A stretch of DNA of 64,000 bases, from positions 167,786 through 231,785 of the forward strand of contig CAWEXO010000001.1 of NCBI GenBank assembly GCA_963813025.1, given 5' to 3'. The notes below the pieces were generated by a model. The model was not told the DNA's origin. It did not search any database and saw nothing but the letters and a program-made list of their open reading frames with translations. Made by a program: the position numbers and the translations under genes. How positions within the stretch are numbered: position 1 is the first letter of the stretch; each line of letters begins with the position of its first letter. This document shows, in pieces, positions 61,171 to 64,000 of the stretch. This stretch comes from an uncultured Verrucomicrobiae bacterium (GTDB lineage: Bacteria; Verrucomicrobiota; Verrucomicrobiia; Chthoniobacterales; JAFAMB01).

Positions 61171-63746
61171 CCGGACCGGGGCGACGCGATCGCGGCCTGC
61201 GCCGCCGCGACCCGAGCGACCGGCAGCCTGAACGGCGAGCAGCTGACTTAGTCCAGGCCCGCCTCATGGAAGAACCGGATCGAGTCCGGGTCGCCACCGT
61301 GCTCGCCGCAGACCCCCAGGCCAAGCTCGGGCGCGCGCCCCGCCCCCGCTCGACCCCGATCCGCACCAACTCGCCGATCCCGACCGCATCCAGGGTCGCG
61401 AACGGGGATGCGGTCAAAATCTTCTCGTCGATGTAGCGGGGGATGATCTCCTTCTCGACGTCGTCGCGCGAGAACCCGATCCCCGCCTGGGTCAGATCGT
61501 TGGTCCCGAACAGAAGAAGTCCGCGTGCGGCGCTATCCGGTCGGCGATCAGGCATGCGCGCGGCAACTCGATCATCGTTCCCACGCTGAACTCGCGCAGC
61601 CCCTCCTCCTCGGCGACCGCCAGCACGCGCTCGCGCGCGAGCCGCAGCTCTCCCTCGTAGGCGACCAGCGGGATCATGATCTCGACGGTCAACCCGTCGC
61701 CGACCGCTCTTGCCGCGCGCGCGATCGCCCGGACCTGCATCTCGTAGATCTCGGGATGGACGATCCCGAGCCGAACGCCGCGCGTTCCGAGCATCGGGTT
61801 CGTCTCCTGGAGCGACAGGACGCGAGCCAACTGATCCTCGATCCCCCTGCTCTTGCAGCTCGAGCGGGTTGGCCATGAACTCGTGCAGCGGCGGATCGAG
61901 CAGCCGGATCACCACCGGCCGGCCGTCCATCGCGCGGAACAGCCCCTCGAAGTCGTCCTGCTGCAGCGGCAGCAGCTCGTCAAGCGCCGCTCGGCGGCCC
62001 TGCTCGTCGGCGGCCATGATCATCGCCCGCATCTTCGGCTGGCGGTCCGCCGCCATGAACATGTGCTCGGTCCGGCAAGGCCGATCCCCTCGGCCCCGAA
62101 CCGCACCGCCCGCGTGGCGTCCTCGGGGGTGTCGGCGTTCGCGCGCACACCCAGCTCGCGCAGTTCGTCGGCCCAGCGAATGGTCTCGACCCGCTCGTCG
62201 ACGTGCGCCTCGACCAGGGGCACATCGTCGGTGGTGATCGTGCCGGCGCTCCCGTCGATGGCGATCAGGTCGCCGCCACGCAGCACCAGCTCGCCGATCC
62301 GCACCTCGCCGGCGCCTCAGGTCGATCTCCACCTCGCCGGCGCCGGTCACCGCCGGCCGTCCCATCCCGCGCGCCACCAACGCCGCGTGCGACGCCTTGC
62401 CGCCCTCGGAGGTGAAGATCCCGGCCGCCGCGTGGAAGCCCGCGACGTCGTCGGCCTCGGTGAACGGCCGTACAAGGATCACGTCGTGTCCGGCGCCTGG
62501 GCCTCGCGCACGGCCTCATCGGCGGTGAAAACGATCGCCCCCTTGGCGGCGCCAGGCGAGGCGGCCACACCGTGCGCGATCGCGTCGAACGATGCGTCGG
62601 GGTCGAACGACGGATGCAGCAGCGCGTCGAGCGCTGTCCGCGTCGATCGTCGCGAGCGCTTCTGCTCTGTGCTCAGCAGACCCTCGGACACCGCGTCGAC
62701 CGCGAACCGCACGGCCGCTTGCGTCGGGCCGCTTCGCGTTGCGCGTCTGGAGCATGAACAGGTGCCCCTCCTCGACCGTGAACTCGGTGTCCTGCATGTC
62801 CTTGTAGTGGCGCTCGAGCTGGGCGCAGTACACCCGAAGCTGACGGTCGACGTCCGCCGTTCCAGTCGCGCAGCTCACTCAGATCTCCCGCGGGGTCCGG
62901 ACGCCGGAGACGACGTCCTCCCCCTGCGCATTGACGAGGTAGTCTCCCGCAGTTGCTCGGCTGGGCCGGCTACCTCGTCCGGGCTGAACGCGACCCCCGA
63001 GCACGACTGCCTCACCCTTGTTTCCATACACCATCTGCTGCACGTTGACCGCCGTGCCCCATTCATCAGGCAGCCGGTTGATCCGCCGGTACTGAACTGC
63101 GCGCTCGCCCATCCACGAGTCGAACACCGCCCGGATCGCGTCGCTCGAGCTGCTCGCGCTGGCTCCGTCGGGAACCCGAAGAACAGCCCCGAAATTGTCT
63201 CGGTCAGCCCTCGCAGCGCATCCCCGTCGAGCTCGGTATCCAGCTTCACCCCACGCTCCCGCTTGGCGCCGGCGATCAACTCCTGGAACCGCTCCCCCGC
63301 GACGCCACGGACGACATTGCCGAACATCTGCACGAAGCGGCGGAAGTAATCCCAGGCGAAGCGCTCGTCCCCCGTCCGCTCCGCGAGTCCGCGCTACCGA
63401 CTCGTCGTTGAGGCCCAGATTCAAGACCGTGTCCATCATCCCGGGCATCGATACGCGCGCGCCCGAGCGGACCGAGACCAGCAGCGGGTCGGCCGCATCG
63501 CCGAGCCGCTTCCCGGCGCCCTCCTCCAACCGTGCCAAAGCCTGAGGCGACCTCATCCTCCAGCCCCTCGGGAAGAGCCCGATCGGCCTCGCATGTAGGC
63601 GACGCACGCCTCGGTCGTGATGGTGAATCCTGACGGCACCACTCTCGGCTCCGAGCAGCCGCGTCATCTCGGCGACGCCCGCCCCCTTTCCGCCGAGGAG
63701 CTCGCGGATTCCGCGCGAGCCCTCGGAGAAAGTCGTAGATCCACAT
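61167..63746 (-). CDS. ppdK: Pyruvate, phosphate dikinase, many indels
   Basis: [64 protein letters not shown] (phospho-His), [52 protein letters not shown]. Confidence 0.9.
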
Positions 63747-63760
63747 CGCTCCTGGCGGGC

Positions 63761-64000
63761 TTACGCGCGTCGCCACTTCCGTGGCGGCGCGCTCCCCCGA
63801 GCGGACGGCGCCGTCCATGTAGCCGCAGAACACCTCCGCGGTCTCGGTGCCCGCCCAGTGGATCCGGCCAACCGGCGCGCGCAGCGCCGCGCCCGAAGTC
63901 GGTCCACACCCCTGGCGGCAGATACCCCGGCGAAGCAGCCCCGGGTCCACGGCTCGAGCGACCAGTTCCTGCTCGATCAGCTCGCGCGGGCGACCCGCCT
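63761..64000 (-). CDS. Flavin monoamine oxidase family protein, C-terminal part
   Basis: [34 protein letters not shown]. Confidence 0.82.

Noticed and set aside
60692..63349. Long ORFs of 596 aa (-) and 498 aa (+)
   Set aside because: Frame-hopping mosaics or antisense shadows of indel-ridden, GC-rich ppdK.

Overview
Positions 1 to about 58,115 look like an accessory region of a soil Verrucomicrobium (Chthoniobacterales-like). This is an inference from the DUF5069, DUF6600 and ECF-sigma/Ser-Thr-kinase genes and from the intergenic repeat families. The region carries: a DeoR-regulated sugar ABC operon with an ADP-dependent kinase, a LacD-type aldolase and an AroE-like dehydrogenase, bracketed by two ~570-bp direct composite repeats; an ECF sigma / kinase-FGE / c-heme DUF3365 module; cardiolipin synthase; two more partial sugar ABC clusters; a TM0106-family nuclease-helicase; a decaying allophanate/triuret hydrolase cluster; a di-heme cytochrome c; a HAF-repeat/DUF6600 protein; a BBE-type flavoenzyme; and an intact IS630. 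Almost every intergenic space holds nested palindromic REP/MITE-like elements. A broken REP-associated tyrosine transposase (RAYT) gene missed by the ORF track lies at about 15.0-15.4 kb. One REP copy has been absorbed in frame into allophanate hydrolase with almost only synonymous changes, and another supplies the C-terminus and stop codon of an M24 peptidase. At about 58,115 the sequence switches abruptly to very GC-rich, indel-riddled, Actinobacteria-like DNA (enoyl-CoA hydratase, YbhB, acyl-CoA dehydrogenase, PPDK, amine oxidase), most likely a chimeric read or assembly join. Scattered single-base frameshifts elsewhere may be long-read errors. No rRNA, tRNA or CRISPR array was seen. All family assignments are by eye; no database search was run.
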